From IMG/VR virus record IMGVR_UViG_3300014680_000032: DNA of 64,000 nucleotides, one strand, 5' to 3'. Below, one piece after another: positions 28,076-37,991 of the stretch (positions within the stretch are counted from its first letter, which is position 1; every line of letters begins with the position of its first letter). A program made the position numbers and the translations under genes. The notes beneath the pieces were generated by a model, which worked only from the letters and a program-made list of their open reading frames with translations, did no database searches and was not told the origin of the DNA. The DNA comes from an uncultured virus (IMG/VR IMGVR_UViG_3300014680_000032) (Duplodnaviria > Heunggongvirae > Uroviricota > Caudoviricetes).

Positions 28076-28432
28076 ATGCAAATTCAAATCGGTATTGATA
28101 TTGTCTTAATTCTTGCATTTTTAGCTTATCTTTCCGTTGTTACAGGATGGAATAGCAAGAATAAAGCTGCGTATATTAAACAATTCCGTCATGTGCCTAT
28201 AAGCCTCTTATTTAAAGAAATCAGATATATGTATTTCATAAGTATGGCATGTGTATTGATCACTATTATTCTTGTTGATTGGAGAATCTATAACGTTGCT
28301 TCATATTTTGATGCATTAAGCGTTTCATTATGGATATTCATAATCTATTTCACCATTTTTTCAACTTATCAGATTGGCACCGCAATACTAGTAAAGCTTT
28401 TGATGATTTTCAGTAATAGAGCAACTTCTTAA
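28076..28432 (+). CDS. Small multi-TM membrane protein (late gene; holin-like role possible)
   Basis: Three hydrophobic segments; start at ATG 28076 after AAGGG. Confidence 0.6.
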   Translation: MQIQIGIDIVLILAFLAYLSVVTGWNSKNKAAYIKQFRHVPISLLFKEIRYMYFISMACVLITIILVDWRIYNVASYFDALSVSLWIFIIYFTIFSTYQIGTAILVKLLMIFSNRATS

Positions 28433-28770
28433 TGATCACATCTAAAACAATTTTAGACATGGTTGAGTACTGGCTTAATCATCCGGTCAATGGGAAGTAT
28501 GGTTCTGACTTTGGTGCACCTCTTTATGATTTGCTAATGGCACCTTTAGACTCGAGGGTGGCAGATAGTTTTCTCATTAAGATGAAAAAGGATCTACCAA
28601 TATTATCTGAGCTTAACTCTGACCAATTAGCACTGTATTCACAAACCGAAGGATTTGAGACGGTTCATATTCATTTAAGCATCATGAATGTGAATATAGA
28701 TCTTAACCAAGTAGCAGACCGATTGGGTAAATCAGTAACAGGTGAGACATATGACATTAACGCAAGCTGA
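28432..28770 (+). CDS. Baseplate wedge protein (gp25-like)
   Basis: WLNHPVNGKYGSDFG motif; precedes the baseplate J-like gene. Confidence 0.6.
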   Translation: MITSKTILDMVEYWLNHPVNGKYGSDFGAPLYDLLMAPLDSRVADSFLIKMKKDLPILSELNSDQLALYSQTEGFETVHIHLSIMNVNIDLNQVADRLGKSVTGETYDINAS

Positions 28771-30196
28771 TTTTGAAGCCCAGCTCCAAGCAGCGATAGA
28801 TGATTATGAGATTCAGGAACGCTATAAAGCTCAAGATCCACTTGTCGTTCACCAGCTGCGTTCTATGGCTAGTTTTTTGACTGCATTTGGTCCAGAAATC
28901 GATATTGCTTCTATTGAACCATTTACCAAAACACGTGACCGCTCAATTATTGCGGATGCTACAAATAAAGGCATTTTGCCAATAGGTACGCCGTGTCAGC
29001 ACTTAGTTGAAATTATCAACCGGTCAACAAATGCTGTGAGCTTAAGTCAAGGGCGAATGATTGAGGACCATAGTGGCGGTAGAGTGTGGCGGTTGCTTCA
29101 ATCCATTACTGTTAAAGCTGGTGAAACGGCGGAAGTAATAGCCGAACAAAGTGAATACCGTGAAATTAAATATGTTGTACCAGTTACTGAAGGGTTCCAT
29201 AAATATCGAATAGACCTTTTAGAGGACCTTTCACTTGCAAATATTTCGATTAAGCAGGGCAATAATAACTATGTAATTAAGCCGCGCTGGATGAATGTTG
29301 AACCAGGTGAATATGCTGTAACTGTTACTACAGATAATCTAAGAAGATTGTTTATTGAGTTTGGCGATTCTGAGAGAGCTGGTCGTACTCTGCAAGCCAA
29401 TGAAACGGTAATAATTGGAATTCTTGAGACATACGGGGAAGTTGATGTTAATCGTTTAAAAGATGCGGCTTTACTTGATGTACTTTCTAATGATGAACAA
29501 CGCATATCAGTGCGTTTTAAAGCTGGTGGAGTGATTAGAGAGGGCGTAGATCCGTTAGCTATATCTGAATTACGTTTATTATCAAGCTATCCATCGCTTT
29601 ACGATGAAGATGCTGTATTTCTGGGTAACTTTGACTATGCGGTCCGTAAAAAATTCATGAAACGGGCACAGTTTATTTCTGTTTGGAATGAAACTTTGCA
29701 AGAGCAACACTTTGCCATTACATACCGCGACATTAATCATTTAAACCTTGTGGTGGTTGCCAAGAACCCAGCTGAACAAGCAACGTTAGAACAAGATATC
29801 TGTCGGTATATTGGTTATTGCGATAACTTGTATGAAGGTAAAGTGAATGTACATGAAGCTGTAGAAAAGCCAATTGAAGTAAAAATTAAAGGCTCTTTGG
29901 CTTCTGTACATAACACAGATATGGTTAAGACACAGATCAAAGAATTACTTGTAGAACGATACGGGCGTGAATCATTGAGCTCAAGTCGTTGGCTGGTTAA
30001 TGGCTTTAATACGCAAGAAATGGGGAAGCTGATTAATGACAATATTGTGGCTTTCCAAGACCGGATGAGTGACTTTACCATTATGCTTTCAAATGAGTTG
30101 AATAAGCCTAATGAGTGGGTGTATGTGACAAAAGACAGCATTACTGTTGAGTTGGAACGCACCGCTGATATTTCGGGGGCTACATGGACCCTATAA
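28751..30196 (+). CDS. Baseplate wedge protein (BplA/J-like)
   Basis: Size and IEFGD...G motif; position in the baseplate cluster. Confidence 0.7.
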   Translation: MTLTQADFEAQLQAAIDDYEIQERYKAQDPLVVHQLRSMASFLTAFGPEIDIASIEPFTKTRDRSIIADATNKGILPIGTPCQHLVEIINRSTNAVSLSQGRMIEDHSGGRVWRLLQSITVKAGETAEVIAEQSEYREIKYVVPVTEGFHKYRIDLLEDLSLANISIKQGNNNYVIKPRWMNVEPGEYAVTVTTDNLRRLFIEFGDSERAGRTLQANETVIIGILETYGEVDVNRLKDAALLDVLSNDEQRISVRFKAGGVIREGVDPLAISELRLLSSYPSLYDEDAVFLGNFDYAVRKKFMKRAQFISVWNETLQEQHFAITYRDINHLNLVVVAKNPAEQATLEQDICRYIGYCDNLYEGKVNVHEAVEKPIEVKIKGSLASVHNTDMVKTQIKELLVERYGRESLSSSRWLVNGFNTQEMGKLINDNIVAFQDRMSDFTIMLSNELNKPNEWVYVTKDSITVELERTADISGATWTL

Positions 30197-30798
30197 GCTT
30201 TACTCGGCCTATCGATGAACACTATGTGAGTACGGGCTTGCAAACCGCACTTGCTAAAGCATTTAAACAAGTATTTGCACAAAACTTTGAGCAGTCCATT
30301 CAAGATTTATTGGATTACGGTTGTCCTCATATCGGTAGTAAAACAGTTGTAGAACGGTTCTCTAAACAAAACGGACTTGTTGTATTACGCCGAAATAACA
30401 CCTCTGACACGTTAATGCGAATTATCTATGCCAATTGGAGCAGCATGGGTAATAAAAGAGGATTAGCGTTTTTAGAGTTTGTTTTACGAATGTTGTGGGG
30501 GAAAGATCATTTTCAGATTATCCGGCTATGGCACAGCTTGGAAAAGCTAAAAGAATATCCAGCCTATTTGTCTGATTTTGAAAAGCCAAATTACTTCTTA
30601 ACAAGTCGGATTAGAATTGTTTTAGATAAAACTGTTGATGCAAATGAAGTGGTAGAGCTGTCACCGATATTACGCCGTTTAGTACCAGCCAATATTGTCG
30701 TTAAAGTCCACTCAATGGCATTTGATAGAGATTTAGGCACCACAAGCTTTGCAGCGGCAATAGCAGCTAAGCCTTATGCAGTCTATAACTTCCTTTAA
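30184..30798 (+). CDS. Baseplate protein (gpI-like)
   Basis: KRGLAFLEFVLRML...LRRLVPA; follows the J-like gene. Confidence 0.6.
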   Translation: MDPISFTRPIDEHYVSTGLQTALAKAFKQVFAQNFEQSIQDLLDYGCPHIGSKTVVERFSKQNGLVVLRRNNTSDTLMRIIYANWSSMGNKRGLAFLEFVLRMLWGKDHFQIIRLWHSLEKLKEYPAYLSDFEKPNYFLTSRIRIVLDKTVDANEVVELSPILRRLVPANIVVKVHSMAFDRDLGTTSFAAAIAAKPYAVYNFL

Positions 30799-30804
30799 TT
30801 CAAT

Positions 30805-30869
30805 TGGAACTGTTGAGTTAGCGCTCAAATACAAAATGATTTCATAGTCCTGTTCATTAGTTCAGGACT
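30805..30869 (+). promoter_or_regulatory. Late-type promoter TGGAAC-N29-TTTCAT with hairpin
   Basis: AGTCCTG-N10-CAGGACT covers the RBS; the -10 match is weaker. Confidence 0.55.
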
Positions 30870-30876
30870 TTTTTAT

Positions 30877-31335
30877 ATGCAACAAGCTCAAGACAATGTT
30901 TTAGTAGGAATCGCAGAACCTATCAATGGTCAGGGAGAAAACTTATTAATTGATCATTTCTTAGGATATGCAAGCCATGAATTAGAACCACAAGAAATTG
31001 ATAAAGTTATTAAAGGGGAAGTGGTTGAAGGCATCACGGAATATGCTCAGGGCCATTACTATAAGATTTCAGCAAATCCTGAAAACCAAAATGCAAAAGA
31101 TTTTGAAATCAGTATTCATTTTCAGGATGGCCCAATTCCAGGACATGGGGTGAATGGGGTTACTAGTGAAGCATTGTTAAAAGTACTTATTCACCGTACT
31201 AAAACCTTGGATGAAAAATTTCCGAGTGAGTTCAACAAACAAGCCATTATTTATATGGAAAGTGCGCTAGAAGAATTTAATAAACGTACAGCTGAGCGCC
31301 GTGCTCGTGGTGTTGAAGGCACACTTGTTAAGTAA
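30877..31335 (+). CDS. tad1: Tad1-like anti-Thoeris/anti-CBASS signal sponge
   Basis: IHFQDGPI..HGVNGVTSEALL.VLIHR...N..AI..ME.AL...KRT.ER.ARGVEGT matches the Tad1 signature. Confidence 0.8.
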   Translation: MQQAQDNVLVGIAEPINGQGENLLIDHFLGYASHELEPQEIDKVIKGEVVEGITEYAQGHYYKISANPENQNAKDFEISIHFQDGPIPGHGVNGVTSEALLKVLIHRTKTLDEKFPSEFNKQAIIYMESALEEFNKRTAERRARGVEGTLVK

Positions 31336-31346
31336 TGGGGTGATGT

Positions 31347-31574
31347 ATGCGTTTAAGTATTTTTTGTCGAAAGCGTGGTTGCTCTCAATTAATTGACTTA
31401 TCTCAAATGGATTGTTTGCAAGTCTCCCAAAGTGAACATAGAGGCGGCATGGTTAGTGAAAGCTTTTATGACGTTTTTATCTCACTTAAAAGTGGATACA
31501 TCTTTGATGCAACCATTGAAGATAAACAGCATGACAAGCTATTGGAATTGATTGAGTTTGATCAAAAGATTTGA
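31347..31574 (+). CDS. Hypothetical protein
   Basis: ORF with a GGGG RBS. Confidence 0.65.
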   Translation: MRLSIFCRKRGCSQLIDLSQMDCLQVSQSEHRGGMVSESFYDVFISLKSGYIFDATIEDKQHDKLLELIEFDQKI

Positions 31575-31576
31575 TT

Positions 31577-31641
31577 TGGAACTGATTAAATTTCAACTGT
31601 AGAACAACTGAAACAATAGCCTCAATCACAGCATTGGGGCT
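31577..31641 (+). promoter_or_regulatory. Late-type promoter TGGAAC-N29-AACAAT with hairpin
   Basis: AGCCTCAAT-N6-ATTGGGGCT. Confidence 0.7.
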
Positions 31642-31646
31642 TTTTT

Positions 31647-32552
31647 ATGGCTAGCAAAAATAGAAAGACAAAAGTTCTATCTTACAACTTACATGACCGA
31701 TGCCGTAAATATACCGGTGTTGATCGAAGTAATGTCGATGTTGATGCAATGGTCAACTTGATCAACAGTGACCATGTACAAGAAATGGTTGCTACTAATT
31801 CATTACAAGGATTTTACGGTCATCAAATTCGACAGCGCTATGGTATGGTGCCGCCTGAAACGGTGATCATAAAAGGTAAAGTTGTATATCTTTCACGGGC
31901 GTTTAAAACAATTGAATTACGTGCTTCAAAGGATGGAACAGTTGAGCACCGAGAAGAGTTTTATGATAACGAACCTGGTGAGATAGCATTACAAGATTAT
32001 AAAGCCCAAGCGGGTGGTTTTAGCACTTCAGTCAATTACAAGAATGTCGGTGGCCGTTTAATACCAACAGGTTTTTTTGGTTTTGATTTCGTTGCGCAAC
32101 CAAATTATGCAAGTAATGTTGGTGATGGTCAGTTATTTGATGGTTTATTTGTTCCTGAAGAGCCAGAAGGTATTGTTTCTTGCTTTGATAGCGCAACAGA
32201 TATTTCACAGTTATCACAACCTGAAATTATTATTGCCCAATTACTTGAAGATCAAATCTTACAGACCTACGACAATATCAATAGCCAACTTCAACTTTTA
32301 AATGAGTTAGGAAATGCTCAAGGCTTAGTAGGTGAACTCTCAGAAAAAGTTGATAAACAGAAACGCCTGCAACAACTTAGAGAAGAACGCAAAAAAGAAC
32401 TCTATACGGGTTTGGTAAATCCGGTGAAGAGCTTTGATTCAGTTCAACAACATGCTGAACAAATTCTGCAATCCATGGATCAGCCAAGTGTAAAAGAAAA
32501 AGCTAAAAAGCCGAAAAAGTCTTTTGGCAGTATCTTTAGTGTATGGGGGTAA
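31647..32552 (+). CDS. Head-processing (prohead) protease, P1 Pro-like
   Basis: GFYGH..R..YG, GGFS and FFGFDFV.QPN provide H/S/D candidates; coiled-coil tail. Confidence 0.7.
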   Translation: MASKNRKTKVLSYNLHDRCRKYTGVDRSNVDVDAMVNLINSDHVQEMVATNSLQGFYGHQIRQRYGMVPPETVIIKGKVVYLSRAFKTIELRASKDGTVEHREEFYDNEPGEIALQDYKAQAGGFSTSVNYKNVGGRLIPTGFFGFDFVAQPNYASNVGDGQLFDGLFVPEEPEGIVSCFDSATDISQLSQPEIIIAQLLEDQILQTYDNINSQLQLLNELGNAQGLVGELSEKVDKQKRLQQLREERKKELYTGLVNPVKSFDSVQQHAEQILQSMDQPSVKEKAKKPKKSFGSIFSVWG

Positions 32553-32554
32553 TA

Positions 32555-33358
32555 ATGAATTACCCCAACGATTCGCTTAAATGCATCCAAAACGCTTGGT
32601 ATAAGCAGCTTGTCAATTTTCGTGCTTGGTATATGCCTGAGACCCAATTAACGGCTGACTGGAAGTTGAGAGCCATTGGTAACGCTATAAAAGCATGTCC
32701 GTCACGGATGATGGACGATTCAGAAGCAATGCTTTCTGAATATAGAAAAAGCCAGAAGCATGAGGAAGAATCCAAAGTGATTTTACCTGTAATGCTTACT
32801 GCAACAGCGTTAACTGACCAACCCCCTGATGTAAATCAATTACTACCAGTGCCTGATTTTATTGAAACGGTCATTGATGAGAAACGGGTGAAGGTTCGTC
32901 TGGTGCCAACAACTGTACGTGCTCAAATCGCTTTCTTTGCCACCAATCCTAATGATCTGCGTTCAGTCATTGGGCAGTTTTGCGCATACATGTCTAGCAG
33001 CGATAACCGCCGTTTTAATGTGCCATTTCAGCAATGGAATGATCATGTTGTTAATTCAACATTCACTGTTTTTGAAAATGAACTTTTTCCATCACCAGTC
33101 CCAAGCGAAGCAATCAATCTTTCTATCTCAACTGTAGATATTCAGCTTGTGGGTTATACACCTAACGTTATCGGTTTCGGTGGTCCATTCGACAACAACA
33201 CAGGTAATGGCTATGAACCTGACGGCTCAGCAACGGAACAGCCCGCAATCAACGACAAAGTTGTAGTGCAAGCTGATCAGTACACATCACTCGATCACCA
33301 GCGTGTGAAGGGTGATAGAGAAACAGGTGAAATTACAGTTGAGCGTATAGATGACTGA
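32555..33358 (+). CDS. Structural protein (tail-completion-like)
   Basis: Position in the late operon. Confidence 0.5.
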   Translation: MNYPNDSLKCIQNAWYKQLVNFRAWYMPETQLTADWKLRAIGNAIKACPSRMMDDSEAMLSEYRKSQKHEEESKVILPVMLTATALTDQPPDVNQLLPVPDFIETVIDEKRVKVRLVPTTVRAQIAFFATNPNDLRSVIGQFCAYMSSSDNRRFNVPFQQWNDHVVNSTFTVFENELFPSPVPSEAINLSISTVDIQLVGYTPNVIGFGGPFDNNTGNGYEPDGSATEQPAINDKVVVQADQYTSLDHQRVKGDRETGEITVERIDD

Positions 33359-33551
33359 CTTAATCGATAAGGCACAAGAAAGTGCTGATTATTTATTGCA
33401 GCAAGAAATTGCAAACCGATGCCGTTTTGAAGGCGAATCTGAAAAAGAATGTGTTGAATGTGGTGAAGAAATACCAGAGCGCCGCCGTGCTTTAGGTGGC
33501 GTGAAATTCTGCATTGAATGCCAAACCAAGTTAGAACGCAAACGGCGCTAA
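33351..33551 (+). CDS. TraR/DksA C4 zinc-finger protein
   Basis: DLID N-terminus; CVECGEEIPERRR...CIECQ. Confidence 0.9.
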   Translation: MTDLIDKAQESADYLLQQEIANRCRFEGESEKECVECGEEIPERRRALGGVKFCIECQTKLERKRR

Positions 33552-33562
33552 GGATAAATGTA

Positions 33563-34075
33563 ATGTCTGGAATTATTCGTATAGACAGCCGTGTTGCTGG
33601 GTTTTCGGATCAACCAATTCGACTTATTGGAGCGGCATTTGCTGATACAGGTGAGCTTGTTATTCAAAAAACAGCTGTTTATTCAAATTTGCCCGTACCA
33701 AGCGATTTAAGAGATCAAACAGTTGTAGTAACTGACTCACCGGATCAAGTACAGAATTGGCAATTAAGTTTCAATGCTAAAGAGCACTTAGAAGAAGTGA
33801 TTTCAATTTACCAAGCTCGTTTCAGAGCAAAGTTAATTGAAATTGAGCCGAAGCTAAACCAGTACAACCCTAAAAACGTACTTGAAATCCGTAAGGTCGA
33901 TAAAAACGGCCTTCAGCAAGAATTTGATAGCAGCAGCTTAAACAATGGACACATTGCAATTCTATTAGCTGTTTGGGCTAGTACGAAAATTGCCAAAGGC
34001 TTTTCAATTACTGAAGGGAATCAGTTTGAAGAAGATGCTGTAGATCCAACAATGCTTCCTTTTTCAATCTTTTAA
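33563..34075 (+). CDS. Phage hypothetical protein
   Basis: ORF before the terminase; AGGA RBS. Confidence 0.7.
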   Translation: MSGIIRIDSRVAGFSDQPIRLIGAAFADTGELVIQKTAVYSNLPVPSDLRDQTVVVTDSPDQVQNWQLSFNAKEHLEEVISIYQARFRAKLIEIEPKLNQYNPKNVLEIRKVDKNGLQQEFDSSSLNNGHIAILLAVWASTKIAKGFSITEGNQFEEDAVDPTMLPFSIF

Positions 34076-34094
34076 GTAATGGTGTTTTTACGGT

Positions 34095-36086
34095 ATGGCT
34101 TTGGCACCATTAAAAGAAATTCCCGAATGGTGGGAACTTTGTGAGCGTTATCGATACGACATCTATGCTTTCGCCGTAGAAGCATTAGGTGTCGAACCCA
34201 CATGGCAACAAGAATTACTTTTTGAATCTATTGCATTTGATGGTAGCCGTACTTCAGTAGCATCGGGGCATGGTTGCTTTGGTAAAGGGACTTTAATCAA
34301 ATTAGCCAATGGGGAATTTATCCCAGTTGAGCGTATTAATCTAAATCATAAAATTCTTGCTGCAGATGGTAAGACAGAACTAGATGTAATTAAAACAGTA
34401 ACCGGTTATCAGGAAATGTTCCGGTTTGAATATGAGAATGGTAAAGCTCATACATTCAATAAATCACATATTCTTTGCTTAATTTCTTTATACGATGGTA
34501 ACGGGTGGTCAAAGGGCGACAAGATTGAATTGCTTGTTTCTCAATATATGAACCTTAAACCTGAAAGTAGGGAACAGTTTGCATCTTATAGGCTTATAGA
34601 TGGGGAACATAAGCCTTTAAAAATTACATCGGTTACTGAGCTAGGTGAAGGTAAATATTACGGTTTTGTACTCGATCCAGATCCATTTTTCTTGGGTGAA
34701 GATGACTTAGTACTTCATAACACTGGTAAAACGGCCAGTGCCGGTATTGTTGCCTTATGGCATCTCTTGTTTTTTGATGAATCCATCATGATGTTTACTG
34801 CTCCGCAGATTGGGCAGTTAAAGAAACAAGTCTGGAAAGAAATCAGTATCAATCTAGCACGATTGAAGCAAGGGCCTTTGGCTTGGCTTGCTGATTATGT
34901 TGGGTACCAGTCTGAACTCGTATACATCAAAGGCTATAAAGAAAAATGGTATGTCTTTGCGAAGACAGCACCAAAACATCAACCTACAAACTTAGCTGGT
35001 AACCACGGCGATAACTACATGGTCTGGGTCGATGAGGCCAGTGGTGTAGATGATGCTGTACTTGATGTAGCTTTTGGTGCCTTAACGCATGAAGACAACC
35101 GTGCAGTAATGACCTCACAGCCTACCCGTAACGCGGGTATGTTCTATGAGACTCATCACAAGTTAAGTCATCGAGCTGGTGGTGTTTGGATTGCACTCAC
35201 ATTTAACGGGGAAGAGTCACCACTAGTTAGTGAACAATCCTTACAGGAACAACGGCAAAAATACGGCAGCAGGGAAGATGCTCAGTATAAGATTCGTGTA
35301 CTAGGTGAATTCCCAGACTTATCAGATGAGTTCTTAATCACGAAGCGTCAAACCGAAGAAATGTATGTTGGCGCGAGTATTTTTGATGACCATCAATTCG
35401 GTTATGTCATTACTGTTGATGTTGGTGGTGGGGTTGGCCGTGACGATTCAGTAATTGTTGTTTCTAAAGTTTGGGGTGAAGCGCAATGGGGAGAGCGCGC
35501 ACGCCGTGTAGAAGTTGTAGATATTCCATTATGCAAAAACAGAGATGATATCTTAGAACTATTTGCAAAGATTAATGAGCTACTTTTACAGTACCCAAAT
35601 GCTAACTTGGTTGTAGATGATAACGGGGCGGGTAAAGGTTTAGGCCAATACCTTAAAAAGCAAGGTATTTTCTACGTTCCTGTTTATTGGGGCTCACAAT
35701 GTTTTAGTAATGACAATAGAAAAGAGTTTACAAATAAACGGTCATTAGCTTATGTGGGCTTAGCTCGAGCAATCGCAAGTGGCCGTTTTAAAATAAAAAC
35801 GAAGAAACACAATGTGAAAATTAAAGATCAATTAATCCACGTTCCATACCGTTTTGATGACTTTGCTCGTTATAAAATCTTGAGTAAAGATGAAATGAAA
35901 CGGATGGGAATTAAATCACCGGATATCGGTGATGCTTTTGCTTTCTTATTCTTGGAAAACGTTCACTACACTGAAGCTTACGAAACTGTAAATGTCACTG
36001 ACGATACACCGGAAGGGCGTGAACAAGCTGAACGTAAGTCAAGATTCAGTGCTTTAAGAGAAGCAGCTGAAAAAGAAAATGATTAG
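34095..36086 (+). CDS. Terminase large subunit (PacB-like) containing an intein
   Basis: Walker A SGHG/TGKT, Walker B VWVDEASG, nuclease DVGGG...DDS and SPDIGDA. Confidence 0.92.
   Translation: MALAPLKEIPEWWELCERYRYDIYAFAVEALGVEPTWQQELLFESIAFDGSRTSVASGHGCFGKGTLIKLANGEFIPVERINLNHKILAADGKTELDVIKTVTGYQEMFRFEYENGKAHTFNKSHILCLISLYDGNGWSKGDKIELLVSQYMNLKPESREQFASYRLIDGEHKPLKITSVTELGEGKYYGFVLDPDPFFLGEDDLVLHNTGKTASAGIVALWHLLFFDESIMMFTAPQIGQLKKQVWKEISINLARLKQGPLAWLADYVGYQSELVYIKGYKEKWYVFAKTAPKHQPTNLAGNHGDNYMVWVDEASGVDDAVLDVAFGALTHEDNRAVMTSQPTRNAGMFYETHHKLSHRAGGVWIALTFNGEESPLVSEQSLQEQRQKYGSREDAQYKIRVLGEFPDLSDEFLITKRQTEEMYVGASIFDDHQFGYVITVDVGGGVGRDDSVIVVSKVWGEAQWGERARRVEVVDIPLCKNRDDILELFAKINELLLQYPNANLVVDDNGAGKGLGQYLKKQGIFYVPVYWGSQCFSNDNRKEFTNKRSLAYVGLARAIASGRFKIKTKKHNVKIKDQLIHVPYRFDDFARYKILSKDEMKRMGIKSPDIGDAFAFLFLENVHYTEAYETVNVTDDTPEGREQAERKSRFSALREAAEKEND
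34275..34721 (+). other. Mini-intein, 149 aa
   Basis: Begins CFGKGT, block-B-like FNKSHIL, ends YYGF...VLHN followed by Thr. Confidence 0.92.
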
Positions 36087-36091
36087 TTATA

Positions 36092-36160
36092 TGGAACTGC
36101 CCACTTAAATACATATTCTTCATAACTACCATAGATCAATAAATCATATGGGTGGGTTAT
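36092..36160 (+). promoter_or_regulatory. Late-type promoter TGGAAC-N29-TACCAT with hairpin
   Basis: ATAACTACCATA...TATGGGTGGGTTAT. Confidence 0.7.
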
Positions 36161-37697
36161 GGCTATTAACTTCTTTTTAACTGACGCAGGTCGGAATGCA
36201 TTAAATAAAGTGGGTGATGTTGCTAGCTTTGGTGGGGAACTTACCCATCTTGCTGTTGGTACCGGCAAATTTGATGCATCAGTAGAAGCGAAAAACCTAA
36301 CTTCTCTTAAAAATGAATTAGCTAGATTTTCTCTTAACGGCGGTGGTGTAGATACAGAAACGGGTACTTTGCGTTTTGTAATGAGTATTGAGCCCACTTT
36401 AACAATGGAAGTGTTTGAGATGGGTATTTACCTATCAGATGGCACTTTACTTGCGGTGGCCTCGACTACAGCTGCTCAATCAATCATGTCTTTACATGCA
36501 AACGTAGTAGCCATTGTTACATTTGGATTTGTTTTAACTGACGTTAATTTAAAAAACGTAACTATCAAGATTGATCCAAACACACCAATTGCTGTGATGT
36601 TGATGAATCAGCATAGTGCAGATGAAGACCCACACCCACAATACGGCGCGTTAATTCGTAAGCTCATGACTGAACATAATCAGCATGAGGATCCGCACCC
36701 CCAATATGCATTTGAAAAAGATGTAAAAGCCAAAGACGATGATTTACAACAACAGATTGATGATCTAGATCTTAGTTCCAAAAATTTGTTACAGCAGTTA
36801 ATCGATTTCAAGAAAAACTTAGATGCTCAATATCCAAAATTAATTGGAGCAGGTGTAAATATTGGTAGCTCAGCCACAGTTGAACTAGGTGGCAAAGTTA
36901 CTGATTTACGTGATTCAAAGTATGCAATCTATTTAACACCAGAAAGCCCACATGAAGCATGGAAGCTTACCCGTGCTGAAAAGGGTTTTTCATATGAAGT
37001 TTGGGACCGCTCAGGTCAAAACCGGATAGGGTATTCAGGTACTGTGAATTGGTCCGTTGTTCAGGTAGCTGCAGAAACACTAAACGATGGAAACGGCGAT
37101 TACACAGTCCCAGGTGTTTATATCATTCCAATTCAACCGAAAGAACAAAAAGAATTCATTTTGGTTGGTGCTGGTGGTGCTGGTGGTGGCAGTGTCTGGG
37201 AGTTAGGAGCATTGGCACATGGGACCAGTGGAACAGATACACGCTTACGTTTAAATGAACTTGATTTGGCGGTTGTTGGCGGCGGTAAAGGCGGTACCAG
37301 TGGTCAGTGGTCGAATGGTAGTGCTTTCTCAAATGGTGCTGGTGGTTTAGCAGGTGTAATCACTGTGACATCAAACATAACCGAAATTTCACGCAAGCTT
37401 GGTAACGCTGGTACAGCTGCAAACCAAACAAACCACAAAGGCGGCGCATCAGTAAGTCCAGTATCAAACTGGGGTGCTGGTGGTGATGGTGCTAATGGTG
37501 TAGGTGATGATGGCTGGGCACTTGGTGGTGGTGGTGCAAGTGGTGGTTTACTCATTTGCCGATATGTGAATTCAACCGAAAAAACTCAGTATATGACTTT
37601 AGTTGTTGGTGAACCTGGTGTTGCAACCGAAAGTAATGGTAACACTGGTAAAGCAGGTACTGGTGGCTTTGCTCGTGTAAGTACTGTTAAAGCTTAA
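36159..37697 (+). CDS. Tail fibre protein (tail-collar N-terminus, Gly-rich C-terminus)
   Basis: LTDAGR...AVGTG...EMGIY; two DPHPQY repeats; Gly-rich domain. Confidence 0.8.
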   Translation: MAINFFLTDAGRNALNKVGDVASFGGELTHLAVGTGKFDASVEAKNLTSLKNELARFSLNGGGVDTETGTLRFVMSIEPTLTMEVFEMGIYLSDGTLLAVASTTAAQSIMSLHANVVAIVTFGFVLTDVNLKNVTIKIDPNTPIAVMLMNQHSADEDPHPQYGALIRKLMTEHNQHEDPHPQYAFEKDVKAKDDDLQQQIDDLDLSSKNLLQQLIDFKKNLDAQYPKLIGAGVNIGSSATVELGGKVTDLRDSKYAIYLTPESPHEAWKLTRAEKGFSYEVWDRSGQNRIGYSGTVNWSVVQVAAETLNDGNGDYTVPGVYIIPIQPKEQKEFILVGAGGAGGGSVWELGALAHGTSGTDTRLRLNELDLAVVGGGKGGTSGQWSNGSAFSNGAGGLAGVITVTSNITEISRKLGNAGTAANQTNHKGGASVSPVSNWGAGGDGANGVGDDGWALGGGGASGGLLICRYVNSTEKTQYMTLVVGEPGVATESNGNTGKAGTGGFARVSTVKA

Positions 37698-37711
37698 ATA
37701 GGTAAAACAGT

Positions 37712-37990
37712 ATGAGAAATGATTATCGAAATGCTATTAGAGACTTAATTCACCGGAATCTTCAACAAAATAATATTCAGAATCTGATTGTTTGGGAAAT
37801 CAAAGACGATGAATCTCAAGATCCATCACTGTTGAGTTTGAAATTATATGGTTCAAGAAACCATATTGATGCAGTACTTGTGGCGTGTGGTGTGAACGGC
37901 GTTTGGGAAAAGTTACCTCTTAATAAGGTGGCTTTTCCAAGGCTTGTTGATCTTTTAAGACTTCAAAAAGAATACTTGCAGGATAATTAA
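37712..37990 (+). CDS. Tail X/LysM-like small protein
   Basis: DPSLLSLKLYGS motif. Confidence 0.55.
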   Translation: MRNDYRNAIRDLIHRNLQQNNIQNLIVWEIKDDESQDPSLLSLKLYGSRNHIDAVLVACGVNGVWEKLPLNKVAFPRLVDLLRLQKEYLQDN

Positions 37991-37991
37991 A

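Noticed and set aside
28076..28432. Complete lysis cassette
   Set aside because: No endolysin or spanin is adjacent; lysis genes probably lie beyond the window.
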